The position numbers and the translations under genes are program-made. From assembly GCA_027923505.1 (NCBI GenBank), contig BROI01000010.1, forward strand, positions 620,001 through 684,000: a DNA stretch of 64,000 bases. Direction: 5' to 3'. The notes beneath the pieces are model-generated. The model saw only the letters and a program-made list of their open reading frames with translations, was not told the origin of the DNA and did not search any database. Each line of letters starts with the position of its first letter. The stretch's first letter is position 1. Of the stretch, positions 45,105-57,195 are shown piece after piece. Source of the DNA: Mayamaea pseudoterrestris. Lineage: Eukaryota.

Positions 45105-46136
45105 ATGTCGACCATTAAAGGATATTTGCCCGTACGAGTCAAGTTCCAGTCATTCATTAACCAAAACGAAGAAGACGAGACCTTTTTTTACGTCAAGGAA
45201 CACCAGCAAAAGGAGCAGGGCTCTACGACGGTGAAGAACGACACTCTCTTTATCACAAATGCCCCCACAATTCCTCGCATTCGCACTCGCCTTTTGCTAA
45301 CAGCGCTATTAGGGCGTTTCGGAGAAATTAAACAAGTGTCAATTGTTGAAAATCCGATGAAGGTTGCGGCGGATCAAGTGGACGAAGCGACGGCTGAACG
45401 CTTGCACTCCTGGACAAAGCAATTTGAACCTCCCACCTTTCTTGCGCCTTCTCTAATGGAAGGATCATTTGCGCATGTAGTATTTACTTCTAATAAGGAA
45501 ATGAAGCGGACCTTAAAGGATCTGCAACAGATGATGAACGAAAAGACTGGGAAAGGGGGCTTGCCTGGGGTTACTTTGAACTCTATAGACTTGCAAACGC
45601 TTCGAGACGCAAGCGATCAGTTACCGTTAAGCGAAGATGAATATGATGCATGTCGTCAACAAGAGGAACCAATAAAGCTACATAGCAAGAGAAACTCTGG
45701 ATTTGTCAATGTAATTGACAGATATAGACATCTGTGTCGTGGGCTCGCACGCGACAACCTTCTCGGAGAATGCAATCTCGTCATGGAATTATTTGAGGAT
45801 GCAGAAGAACAAGCACGCAAAACACGCGCATCAGCGACTAGCACTGTTGATGAGGATGGTTTTGTCAGTGTGTCGTACTCGGCACAGGTGGGAAGCAAGC
45901 AGGAGCTTGAGCAGGATGTCAATGCTGGTACGGGGGGATTGGAGCGACGGCGCAAGGGCCAAGGCCGCAATCGAAAAAAGAAGCAAGGCGCTGGTGCGAC
46001 GGAGCTATCAGACTTTTACAGATTCCAGACAAAGGTGAATCGCAAGAGAACAGTCCAGGAACTCCGTGAGCGGTTTGAGGAGGATCTTGTCAAACTCAAA
46101 AGAATGAAGGACGAAAAGCAGTTCCGGCCATTTTGA
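45105..46136 (+). CDS. RRP7: Ribosomal RNA processing protein 7
   Basis: DEDGFVSV, DFYRFQ and ELRERFEED..K..RMK...FRPF. Confidence 0.9.
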   Translation: MSTIKGYLPVRVKFQSFINQNEEDETFFYVKEHQQKEQGSTTVKNDTLFITNAPTIPRIRTRLLLTALLGRFGEIKQVSIVENPMKVAADQVDEATAERLHSWTKQFEPPTFLAPSLMEGSFAHVVFTSNKEMKRTLKDLQQMMNEKTGKGGLPGVTLNSIDLQTLRDASDQLPLSEDEYDACRQQEEPIKLHSKRNSGFVNVIDRYRHLCRGLARDNLLGECNLVMELFEDAEEQARKTRASATSTVDEDGFVSVSYSAQVGSKQELEQDVNAGTGGLERRRKGQGRNRKKKQGAGATELSDFYRFQTKVNRKRTVQELRERFEEDLVKLKRMKDEKQFRPF

Positions 46137-46139
46137 CTT

Positions 46140-47280
46140 GAGCGCATATTATAGCAAATTACAGATACCTTTTCTATTACCGGTGATAGGCGCCAATTCC
46201 TTCTAATGGTAATTACTGGCCCGCTCACCTCCAAGTGCCAGCCTGTCGCTTTGACAATGCTCCGATATCTCTGCACAGTAGTGGCCAGTGTCAGAAAAGC
46301 TTCAGAACGAGATGTTCCGCTAGGGCAAAGCTCCACCGCGCAAGATGGTTGCACCATGGTAAATATTTGCAAGCCAGGTAGATCCCGCATGTATGTCATG
46401 TCTGTCTGCAAATGCAACCATCCATTTCCATAGGCCGAGTCGGCAACGCTCGCGCCATCCTCCCAACCAGCAGATGTCGTGGACCAAACAGTTCTGTATG
46501 ACATTTGCTATGGTCCATCGGTGCCGCGAGGATGCATAATTTTGTCAGGTCCCAAAAAGTAGCTGTGCCGCATAGTAGTACGATTCTTCACACGACCTCC
46601 CCCGAGACAAGATGCTATGGCGGATATGGCTGCTGGCCCACTTGTGCCAATGGGAGTGTCGGTGATAAGAAGTATCCCGCAGGTATAAAGTGCTAGCAAA
46701 GCAAATGCCATTCCTTCCGGTGTCAACAGATCTTTAAAATGAAGCGCCCCTGTGGACAACAATTGCACCATTTCTTCCGTCCACACCATACGCCATCCAA
46801 AGAACACAATCCAGTGATGATGAGTTGTTGGCTCCCTTCAACAAGTCAGGTTGCTCATTAATACAAGCTTTGGTGTAAATTGACCTTTGACCATCGTCCC
46901 ATTCAATGTGGACATTCCGGTGTGCGGGTCACAGCATCGAATTTTGATAGATATGTTCCCTCTTCGCAAGTAGAGGTTTACCATTGTTGTAGTCATATAG
47001 AACATCGTTCCGTTGTCATGTCACTAGGTCAAACCTTACCGCATCGCTTTCCCACAGAAATTGAGTCGGGAACTTTAGAATCAGGTCCAAGGTTGATGCG
47101 TTGATCTTCGATTGGTCCAATGAGGCTGCATCTTTGTTGCTTGCTGCTTGCCGTGGTGTTGATTTCTTGCTTGCTTGGATTGACAATGGAAGGCTCGATG
47201 ATGGTTATGGTGGTGATCCGTCCCATCTCGGGAGATGAGTTGCGGAGCCGCGGGAACGGAATGGATCGCTACAATCATTA
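46140..47280 (-). pseudogene. Degraded gamma-butyrobetaine dioxygenase/TauD-family gene
   Basis: Fragments GILLITDTP, VADSAYGNGWLHLQTDMTYMRDLPGLQIF and GPVIT lie in separate frames with stops. The C-terminal HxR region is absent. Confidence 0.65.
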
Positions 47281-47358
47281 CTTCCTGTTTTCGTTCAGCT
47301 ATTTGATATCAACATAAAGACCATGCAACTACCCTAAATTACGAGCCATAAACCTCTC

Positions 47359-48202
47359 TCAGATGCTATTAAAAGGAACCGGCGAACCAAGCAGCGAATT
47401 GATGACGTAGGGGTCGTGGGAGGGTAGCTGCTCATGCACCATCAAGGCCAATATACCCATCATCGCCTGCCAGAGCAAGTTCCATCGATAATTAATACGT
47501 TAGATTCCTGTCTTGGCAAAAGATGTCGCACGAATCGAATGACTTACCGCACGCCCATTGTTTAATTCAATGTTTCTCTTGCGCTCCTGCTCCTCTACAG
47601 TGAATGTATCCCATCCAAAATCAATCGCACCGTTACGAAAGTCGCCAGGAAATTCTCCCTCCAAAGTCACATCCTTCATGACAGCTAGCTCAAGGAACCC
47701 AATAAAGGCAATAATTTGGGCGAGGCCAGCCTTTGGGATTGCTGAGAGCGCCGCGAGTCCAGGGGGAATTGACGCAAAGGATGTTCCATGCAAGTCAATG
47801 TCTCCTCCGAGTCTGGCTCCCGCAGTAGTAACCATGTGCCCCACAATAGCGAGCATGGACTGTGACGAGGGAGCGAGCACAAGATTGATTTGATAAGCCA
47901 TTATCGGCAAAGTTTGACGCAAGTAGCAGCCAGTAATAATCAGTTTCACTATGTATACTTACAATACGACCATGCTTTAGCTCCACGTAGCGCAAGCGAT
48001 TGAATCTCTGAGCATCTGCATTCCTAAGCAGACCCAGCGGATCAAAGTATCCCATTGGCGCGGTCACTCCAATTTCATCTTCGAAGGATTCTGACACGAA
48101 CGTTGTTGCTGCCTTTGGGGCCCTTTTGTCGCAAGAGGACGTCATAAACGCAGCGACCGAACTCATACCAAGCAAGGTAGACTGTAACAACAATCTCGTC
48201 AT
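47359..48202 (-). CDS. Lhcf: Fucoxanthin-chlorophyll a/c binding protein (Lhcf); exons 48202-47963, 47859-47548, 47466-47359
   Basis: FDPLGL, RLRYVELKHGRI|SMLA, IELNNGRA|AMMGILALMVHE; VAA|F presequence; GTAAGT-CAG introns. Confidence 0.95.
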
Positions 48203-48596
48203 GATCCTTGTTCACTATTAATGAGTAGCCAATGGATTCAAGTGAAGGTAAGCGAAGCTACTGGAGACAATGAACGAGTACTCGTAAGAAGCGAATTGCA
48301 TGGATCAAAGATCGTCTTGTTGTGGTCGGAGAAATCTTTCGTCTGGCCGACGACCGGATTGATCATTTATATATAAGCCCTCAGTCATCAATATTCTCGG
48401 AAATAGTCATTTTGCCAAAAAGGTCATTATCAAATTTCATCGGACGCACCGGTAATGTGGCTTCTGTCAACGCACGTCATCGTCGCGCCACTCCATGGTT
48501 GAAGCCACAATCGACGGCGCTTTGTTCTTCCAACGATCTCGTTACTCTATACCTTTATTTCGTCTCTTTTCCAATCATTCATACTCTAGCTTCATC

Positions 48597-49710
48597 ATGC
48601 CTGAAAATCAAGGTCTATTCGATGTTGTAAGTCCAGCAATCGAGATTATAGCACGACCTCTGCTCGTAATGTACCGTACTGACATTTTCATATTCTATGT
48701 TACAGGACGCCAAGACCTTGAGTCGCTTCGTCATGGCCAACACTAACGACCGAGATCTTGTACTCTTGTTGAACTCCATTGGAACTTCCTGCAAACTTAT
48801 TGCTTCCGCCGTCCAGCGAGCTGGCGTCGCAAAGCTATATGGACTAGCAGGAGAAGTCAACAGCACGGGCGATGATCAAAAGAAACTCGACGTCATGTCG
48901 AACGACATGATGATCAATGCGCTCGTCAACTGCGGAGTCTGCTGTGTCCTGGTCTCGGAGGAGAATGAAGAGCCCATCATTGTCCCTTCTGGCAAGGCTG
49001 GCAAGTTCTGCGTTGCTTTTGATCCTTTAGACGGATCCAGCAACATTGATTGCAACGTTAGTGTTGGAACTATTTTTAGCGTCTTTGAGAGAAAGCCGGG
49101 CAGTGACGGGAACGTTAGTGACTTGCTTCGCTCTGGAGCGGATTGCATCTGCGCAGGATACGTCACATACTCCTCTGCTGTCGAAATGGTGTTTACCTTT
49201 CGGGGAGGCGACGTTCACGGCTTCTGTCTCGATTCAACTATCGGAGAATATGTCCAAACACGCGAGAAAATGCGGTTTCCTAGCGACGGAGGCAAGCGAA
49301 TTTACTCTGCCAATGAGGGTAACGCTCGTAATTGGGACGAGCCGATAAAGGAAGCGGTCGAAAGCTTTAAAGCTGGAGAAAAGCCGTACACGGCCCGCTA
49401 CGTTGGGTCCATGGTGGCAGACATTCATCGCACAATTTTGTATGGAGGCATTTACCTGTATCCTGCCGATGCCAAAAACACAAAGGGCAAGCTTCGTCTC
49501 CTGTACGAAGGTATACCAATGGCCATGATCATTGAGCAGGCTGGTGGTATCGCATCAACCGGAATGTTCGACGGCAAGATCCAGCGAGTCATGGACCTCG
49601 TCCCCGATCACATTCACGCCAAATGCCCGATCATTATGGGAGGCAAGCGCGACGTGCAAGTTGTTTACGACAAGTACAAGGCTGCTGGCATTAACGCCCC
49701 GACGCTTTAG
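48597..49710 (+). CDS. FBP: Fructose-1,6-bisphosphatase class I, cytosolic; intron 48627-48705
   Basis: GDDQKKLDV, SEENEE, FDPLDGSSNID, ARYVGSMVADIHR, GKLRLLYE. No presequence. Confidence 0.97.
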
Positions 49711-49747
49711 GTGTGAAAATATTCGACGCAGCTAAAATAGCTTATTG

Positions 49748-52700
49748 TTAACTCTTGCTGTTGCCACTAGCCATGCGTTGCCATATGCCTCGGCTAACCT
49801 TATTGGCTAAAAAACCGTTTCCACTCGAAGTGCGTGTCCGCCGAGCTCGCCGAAGCTGCAATAGCGAATCCGAAAGCTCCCCTCCATGCGATCCCCCTTT
49901 CGGTGCTCGAGAAAGGATGATACGAAGCGCAGGTATGATGTCTGCTGTCGTGACTGCATCAGACTTTTCGATCCAAAGCAGAATGGCGGAGAGCCCATCG
50001 GTAGATTCGACTTCGTTTGCGAGGAATCGCGTGAATTCGACGGCACTCTGATCAGAGAATGATTGATGCTCAATCCACTTGACCAGCTCTTCAGACATGT
50101 TAAATAGCAGACCCTTGTTCGACGAAGCCTTGAAAATGCCGAGTATTTTTCGCAACTGATCAGTTTGTGCAAAGCCAGTTTCCAGAGCTTTAAATCCAAT
50201 CGTCCGAATGTGCTCCAGAATTTGGCCCAACTGCTTTTGAGTAATAGAACCTCCTGTTCCTTGAATAATTTCAACAGCAAGGTTCAACGCAATATTATTC
50301 AGTTGAACATCCATTGCCAGTTGCATGAGAACTATTAAATTCCGCTCGTAAGCCGCCCGATCGCTCGTGACGAGGACGAAGTTGTCCATGCGGTCAAATG
50401 GACGATCCATAAACAGCCTGCTGCTTGTTCCATGAATCGATAGGTTACACCACTCCAACACTAGCAGTGTGTCGCGCCTTGCTGTCTCGTGTCCCTCAAT
50501 CGGATGGAGCAACTGGGACAGGTAAATATAGTACAACTCGTCAAACTCAAGCTGGGCAGGATCGGGAATCGACGTATTCTGATCGCATATACCACAGGCT
50601 ACTTTTACTTGACTAGGGCGGACGTCCGGAAATGCCGAAGCACACAGATCTATGATCGACAATCTGCGCTCCTTCATAGCGCATGCGCGTATGCTGGCAA
50701 GTAGCTGCAATACGCCCGATAGCATCGATGACTCGTAAAAAACAAGCGACGTCGCTTTGGTAAGCTGCTTTATTACCTCCTTGTGTCGGGGATCATGTTT
50801 GGCCAGACTGAGGAGCACATCCATGACGCGCGTTGGTCCAAGGGCGCCTGCGCATACGAGACATGTATGCATTTTTAAATATGAGCCGTAAGTTGCAATG
50901 AATGAAATGATTTCGTCTTCAACCGCATCCATGTGGATAGCCGATGTTACTGGAGGGTGAAGCATGGCAAGCACTTTCTCTATGAAATAAAAGGTAGTCA
51001 AAAAGCATGTCTCCATCCTCGTCTCGACATTAAATTCCTGCTCCTCGATTCTTTCACGGAGATTCTTCCTCTTACGCGATAACAAATACTGCGTCCGTTG
51101 ACTGGTACTCATCGAGTCAGTGCTTAACTCGTCTGAAAGGGTGCTCGCTGCTGTGGAGCCGCCATACGGCTCCCTGTCTATCGGCCATAACATCCGCCGT
51201 TGCTCGCAGCATAATGGGTGGAACGACTGTAGCCAGAGTGGAAGTGCTTGATTAAGTAAAAAATGGGTGGCCAGAAATGCATCGCTTCCGACTGGTGACC
51301 TATTCCGCGTAGCAAATGGTGACAAGCTGCTTCGATAGCTGACCGTAGCCCCAGCGGCAGTGATAAGATTCGGTATGGTAGCGCAAATTTTTGTGGTCAA
51401 GTCAAATAAGACTAGAGTGACATCCTCGGGGGGAAGTGCAAGAGACTTTCTTTCATTTTTCATAATCCTCGACATGCTTTCGCCAAAGAGAAATTCTCCA
51501 AGTTCATTGGACAAGGCAGTGTTCATGTCGGCCACCTTGGGCTCGTCCGCCCCTAGTGTTTGGCGAGTTGCTGGTGCATGCAGCTCTTTGTTGTACTTTG
51601 AAAAGAATTCAACCACTTGGTTCCTCCAAACCTCATCGTGGGCTGCCATTTGCACTAAGTGCTCATCGGCGTCGATGCCAGGCGCTCCCGACATGTCTGA
51701 CTCGTTCTCTCGTTCAAGGTCCTCATTGTCTCTATCTTCATTCTCGTGCTCCTCTAAACGTCCAAAGTTGACTGGAAGCGACGCACCATCGTAGATAGCC
51801 ATTCGTCTCGCACTGGCTCGACTGTAAAGACTGATTGTCGTCGTCCACGACTTAAAGGATCGCATATCTGCTTGCCCGACGTTGTTAACAAAGTCAATCT
51901 GGTCTGAGAGTGCTTTGGCGCCAATCAAAGCACGCTCGCCGCGCTCTAGGCCATACGCATGTGATAGTTTCTTAGCGGAACTTGACGACGTTGCGACCAA
52001 AAATTCTTCTAATGGTCGATCGTGTAGTTTGCAGGATACGTCCATCGGTCCGAACATGTTCGATTCGCCATCATTCCAAGCTGAGAAAACGGATATAAAA
52101 CGTTCTTTGTCTTTCAGCAATTTGGCTGCAATATCCCTTGCAATAATTTCGTCCAATGGGTGACGAATTTTTCTTGTTGTTTCGATATGGTCTGTGGAGA
52201 TAGGTGGGTCTGATGAAAAATTGGGACCATTCTCTTTTTGAGCACCTGATGGAGTCGCAACCTTGGCATTCGACTCTTTTGCAACATCACCTACAAGCGA
52301 AAATAAAGAAGCATCACTCTCGCCATAATGATAGCCGCCGAGCTGATCAACCATGGGAAAAAGACTAAACATTTCATTTGCTGAGAAGACATGTTGGCTA
52401 GCTTCCTTTGCCGCTACCTTGGCAGCGTCATTTCGCTCCAACAAGGTTGATCCATCATTCGCCATGAACCGGAGTTTGAGCTCGCGCATATACATGCCAT
52501 CTGTATTCGGTGTACTCAATGGGGTTAAGCCCCGCATGAGTTGGTCCGGCGACAAACCCACGAGACTGTAATCGTTGATGGCCAAAAGCACGTCGCCTCG
52601 CTGAATAGACCCAGCTAGTTGGGCTGGCGACGCACGTCCATCCGCCAGCCAGGTAAGAGTTTGAACAATCACCTTGCCAGCAATAACTGTGAGTTTCATG

Positions 52701-53083
52701 CCAAGAGAAACGTCACCGAACAACTCAGTCTCTGATGCAGCTGATGCAATGGAGTTTGGTAAAAGATGCGAATCGCTCGCCTCCCTTTTCCTTACTGCGC
52801 GTCGAATTAAAGTGCGCTCGTATTGGTTGGGCGGCAAGTCGAGTCCAGATTTTTTTACGGAAAATAAATTCAGTATTTCGCAGACTTCAGTTCGTCTCCT
52901 TCGCCGTCGCCTCAATATATGTTGCTGCTGATTGCTGTTCTTTTTTCTCTTGCTTTTTAATTCTACGTCGATAGATGTAGTCTCCGAATCAATGGCGCTG
53001 TGGAATTCGTCATTTGAATGAGAAAGAGTGTTGTCGAATCCTTGCTGCTGCTGTCTCGTGCGTTCGTCCTCATATTTTGACAT
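49748..53083 (-). CDS. Large hypothetical protein with a PDZ domain
   Basis: SLGMKLTV...ASPAQLAGSIQRGDVLLAIND PDZ pattern in a 1111-aa ORF. Confidence 0.7.
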   Translation of the reverse strand: MSKYEDERTRQQQQGFDNTLSHSNDEFHSAIDSETTSIDVELKSKRKKNSNQQQHILRRRRRRRTEVCEILNLFSVKKSGLDLPPNQYERTLIRRAVRKREASDSHLLPNSIASAASETELFGDVSLGMKLTVIAGKVIVQTLTWLADGRASPAQLAGSIQRGDVLLAINDYSLVGLSPDQLMRGLTPLSTPNTDGMYMRELKLRFMANDGSTLLERNDAAKVAAKEASQHVFSANEMFSLFPMVDQLGGYHYGESDASLFSLVGDVAKESNAKVATPSGAQKENGPNFSSDPPISTDHIETTRKIRHPLDEIIARDIAAKLLKDKERFISVFSAWNDGESNMFGPMDVSCKLHDRPLEEFLVATSSSSAKKLSHAYGLERGERALIGAKALSDQIDFVNNVGQADMRSFKSWTTTISLYSRASARRMAIYDGASLPVNFGRLEEHENEDRDNEDLERENESDMSGAPGIDADEHLVQMAAHDEVWRNQVVEFFSKYNKELHAPATRQTLGADEPKVADMNTALSNELGEFLFGESMSRIMKNERKSLALPPEDVTLVLFDLTTKICATIPNLITAAGATVSYRSSLSPFATRNRSPVGSDAFLATHFLLNQALPLWLQSFHPLCCEQRRMLWPIDREPYGGSTAASTLSDELSTDSMSTSQRTQYLLSRKRKNLRERIEEQEFNVETRMETCFLTTFYFIEKVLAMLHPPVTSAIHMDAVEDEIISFIATYGSYLKMHTCLVCAGALGPTRVMDVLLSLAKHDPRHKEVIKQLTKATSLVFYESSMLSGVLQLLASIRACAMKERRLSIIDLCASAFPDVRPSQVKVACGICDQNTSIPDPAQLEFDELYYIYLSQLLHPIEGHETARRDTLLVLEWCNLSIHGTSSRLFMDRPFDRMDNFVLVTSDRAAYERNLIVLMQLAMDVQLNNIALNLAVEIIQGTGGSITQKQLGQILEHIRTIGFKALETGFAQTDQLRKILGIFKASSNKGLLFNMSEELVKWIEHQSFSDQSAVEFTRFLANEVESTDGLSAILLWIEKSDAVTTADIIPALRIILSRAPKGGSHGGELSDSLLQLRRARRTRTSSGNGFLANKVSRGIWQRMASGNSKS

Positions 53084-53283
53084 TTTCTATACATTTACGG
53101 TAGACCGAATGTCCCCTAATTTACTGCAACCAAATTGTTATTGACGCATTAGAGTTATTAGACCAGAGACGAAGTCAAAGTACTGTAAACATCAAATAAT
53201 ACTACGCAGCTTCCTGTCGCCATGGTGGAGCTGGATGACGCTCGTTGTCGAGAACCAGGGAAATATTATGATAATGAAAAGAT

Positions 53284-53458
53284 CGTCATCAGGCAATACT
53301 ATGAAACGAGTGCCAGTGAAAACTGCGTCACAAGGCAATAGTTTGAAACAAGTGCCAGTGAAAACTGCGTCATAGAGCAATTGTACGAAACGAGTGCCAG
53401 TGAAAACTGCGTCATAAGGCAATAGTACGAAACGAGTGCCAGTGAAAACTGCGTCATC
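53284..53458. repeat. 42-bp tandem array 1 (4 units + partial)
   Basis: Consensus CGTCATAAGGCAATAGTACGAAACGAGTGCCAGTGAAAACTG; units start at 53284, 53326, 53368, 53410. Confidence 0.95.
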
Positions 53459-53608
53459 ATTTTCCTACTTGGTGTATCGGTGAGACACAGCTGAAGATCG
53501 CCATCCATTGCAGTCAGTCGCAACTCGCAACTCGCAACCCTTGGCTCCTTGCGACAACGTTGACATCACGAAGCTGACTGGGTACGTACCTATTCTATCA
53601 TCCCAGCC

Positions 53609-56600
53609 ATGTCGCTGCCTGAGAATAAATCGAAACTAATTTTTACAGAGTCGCTGGAATGTGGGACCAGTCTAGCGGAATTGGAGTACTTCTCGTCACC
53701 GCCTCGAGTCGATGAAGCGAATGCAGAGCAAGTCTTGCGAGACGATTCCAAAACTACTGCTTCGCCTTCGACAATTCATAAAGCTTGGGATGAAATAGCA
53801 TCCATTGAGTCTCTCCGCGACTTGATTGCGTCGGATGTTTGGTCGGGCAATGACGGATCAGCGCCATACACGACGTTTGATTCTCCCTTTCCACTAGACT
53901 TGACGCCAGGAGCACCTCGACGCGAGAGCCGCAAACTACCACTGGTTTACTGCGATCAAACGGCGACGAATCGTCCATTGAAAAGCATAGAGCAATACAT
54001 TTCACGCGTCTGTTTGCCTTTGTACGGCAACACGCACACTAATACAAGCATCACGGGCAGTCAATCGACAGCGTTCGTGGCGGAAGCGAGACAGATTGTC
54101 GCCGAGTCCACCAATGCAAAGATTACTGGCAAGGCTAGTTTGGATGTTGTCTTGTTTGCTGGTCAAGGTGCAACATCGGCGGTGGAGCTGCTCATTGATT
54201 GTTTGGGTCTAAAATACAGTAATCAAGCGTCGTTGGAGCGCCAACGAGCAGTTGTGTTTGTTTGCCCCTACGCGCATCACTCGGCGCTCATTCCCTTTCG
54301 TGAGTCCGGTTGCGAAATAGTCATGGTGCCTGAGTGTATACGAACGAAGCAGGTCAATGTTTCAAAACTAGATGAGTGGTTGCAAAAGGCGGACTATCAG
54401 AATCGACTAAAAATGGGAGTCTTTTCGGCCGCGTCAAATGTCACTGGCAAGGTTTCCAACGTGAACGAAATCAGCGCCACCTTACATAAACACGGAGCGC
54501 TCGCATTTTTTGATTATGCTACGGCTGCATCCTACACGGATATCGACATGAATCCGCAAGCAAGTACAGATTATTCATTAGCATCACTAACTGCCAAGGA
54601 TGCCGTCTTTTTTAGTCCCCACAAGATGCTTGGCGGCGTTGGAGCGCCTGGGGTACTGATAATTAAAAAGCATTTGGTCAGTCAGTCCAATCCGCCAGGG
54701 CGATCGGGTGGTGGCACGGTCTTTTACGTGACCAGTACGCATCATCGCTTTTTGAGCAATCGCATTGAACGATACGAGGGGGGTTCACCCAATGTGCCTG
54801 GTATAATTCGTGTCGGATTAGCGTTTTTGCTCAAGCGCAAGACGGATCAAATGTATTCTATTGCGCGAGACAGGGAAAAAACCATGATGCAAACTCACGC
54901 GACTGACAGTGAAGAAGAAATCATCAGGCAGGTGCCGGAGTCAATTGAGCAACAGGATTATCAAATACATAATCAAGTGATACGATATCTTAAGGAAAAT
55001 GCGCCCAACTTGGTGCTTTTGGATGCCCTAGATGGCAATGAGAAGAAGCTCCCGATTTTTTCCTTTTTAATTCGTTTCGGCGACCGTTTTCTCCATTACA
55101 ATTACGTTTGCGCCGTTTTAAACGATGTTTTTGGTATACAATCACGCGGCGGTTGTCAATGTGCTGGACCATACTCGCAAAGGCTGCTTGGTTTGACCGA
55201 AAATGCAGATGATGGTATGGAGGCGCCAAATGAAAATAATTTGGCTATTGAGGAAGCGCTGATGATGCACAAAGAACGTGCGGAATTGCTTCGTCCTGGA
55301 TTTACGCGGCTTAGTCTGCCATTTAAGGGATTGAGAGCGGAAGAAGTCAACTACGTTATGCGTGCGCTTGCGTGGACATCAAAACATGCGTGGGCACTTA
55401 TTTGTCAGTATCGGTGCAGCCATCGCACTGGAGAGGTACTATTATGCAAGAAGATTGTGTTGAATCATGATTAGCGCCGTATACCTCATACTATTCTTTC
55501 TTTGCGCAGTTTCGACATGCTTCTCGTCAGGGACGACCATTGGGACAGGAGCGGAAATGGCTTGGCCACTTCGATCTTATACCAACCCCACCAGGTACTA
55601 AAAGTACGAATGTACGCGGAGAGTACAAGGACTTCCTGTCCGAATCGCTGAATAATGCAGACGCCATCCTCGCTGCCGCTGTAGCCGACCAGAGCAGCAT
55701 TTCCCAGGCGCAAAAAATGGCTGGTTCGGATACTATTTTCGGCTCGGGCGAGGACGATAAGCTTGAAAAGCTGCGTTGGTACGTTTACGCCAAAGATTGT
55801 GCCAGCTACCTCGCTAAGGGCATGATTGAAGCACCGAAAAGCTTTGAAACAGTTGGCGCACTGGCGCCGGTTGTCATCGTTGAGTCAACGGGGACGACTA
55901 GCGAAGCCCCAAACGTATCCCACGAAGTAGCTTGGAGTCAGACGGATCATTCTTCCATGTGCGAAGATTATCTTTTACAACTTCACAAGGAACCAAAAAA
56001 GGCTAATAGAGACGAATCAAAGTGGGGCAAGGGTGCCAATGCTCAGCATACGCCGGACGAGACCGACCATCGATCCCTGCCACTAATTATTGACAAGCGA
56101 GCTCCAAGCAGCCGTCACCCTCACGTAAAGCCGCCTGCCAAATTAATGCGGTTGATTACCAATGCGGTGATGCAGTGGGATATGATACAGTCAGGTGATC
56201 GATTATTGCTTGGATTATCGGGTGGGAAAGATTCCTTGACGCTGCTTCACTGCTTGATGGAGCTCAAGCGCAAGCTTCCGACAAAGTTTGAAATAGAAGT
56301 CTGCACCATCGATCCACAGACGCCCTCCTTCGATCCTTCTCCAATGATCCCATACGTCGAGTCGCTAGGTCTCACATATCATTACATAAAGGATAAAATT
56401 GTTGATCGAGCTAGCTCTTCGGGGCCTGGAGGTGGAATGGTCAAGTCATTGTGTGCCTTCTGCAGTCGCATGAAGCGGGGTAATTTGTATGCTGTGGCTA
56501 GGCGCGCGAATTGCAATAAGCTCGTCTTAGCGCAACATCTCGACGATTGTGCGGAATCTTTTATGATGAGTGTCATGCATAATGGCTTTTTACGGACAAT

Positions 56601-57162
56601 GAAAGCGAACTATAAGATCAACTCGGGCGACCTTGCTGTCATTCGACCCCTTGTCTACTGCCGAGAGTCTCTGATGTCCGATTTTTGCAAGAATGTGAAG
56701 CTTCCTGTTATCAACGAGAATTGCCCGGCTTGCTTTGAAGAGCCGAAAGAGCGAGCACGGGTGAAGAAACTATTGAGTCGCGAGGAAACGTTGTATCCCA
56801 ATTTCTACGACAATATACGACGATCATTGTTGCCTCTCATGCATGAGGAATCTACTGCAATTTTACGCTGCTACACGGAAGAAACTCTAGCACGCAGCCG
56901 AAAGGTGCAGAAGCGTGACAGGTCACCCGATCTGGATGAATCACGAACTAAGAAGTTTCGAGTGGACGAGATGGAATCCAAGCTTCGCGACGCTAGCGAC
57001 GAGGCCCTAATATTGGAAATTGCGCGTAGAAAAGCAGCCAAGTTCCACTTGGCGGGGGCAATGAAGCAAAAAGATGTGGCAGAGGATTTTGACGAAGAGT
57101 TGTCGGAGGCGACAGATAAAGTCTGCTCAATTGGCGGAGCGTGTGGCAATATAACATCATAA
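53609..57162 (+). CDS. Fusion of class-V PLP cysteine-desulfurase-like domain and TtcA tRNA 2-thiocytidine synthetase domain; intron 55436-55509, about 1159 aa
   Basis: YGNTHT, FFDYA, SPHKMLGG and RGGCQCAGPY; then SGGKDS, CAFCSRMKRG, QHLDD, IRPL and CPAC. A phase-0 GT-AG intron joins the two ORFs. Confidence 0.9.
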
Positions 57163-57195
57163 AACTGAGATAAGGTAATGCATGTATAAAATCCA

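Noticed and set aside
53192..53523. ORFs with repeated PYDAVFTGTRF peptides (also 61412-61699)
   Set aside because: A by-product of a stop-free 42-bp unit divisible by three. Non-ATG starts, and no other coding evidence.
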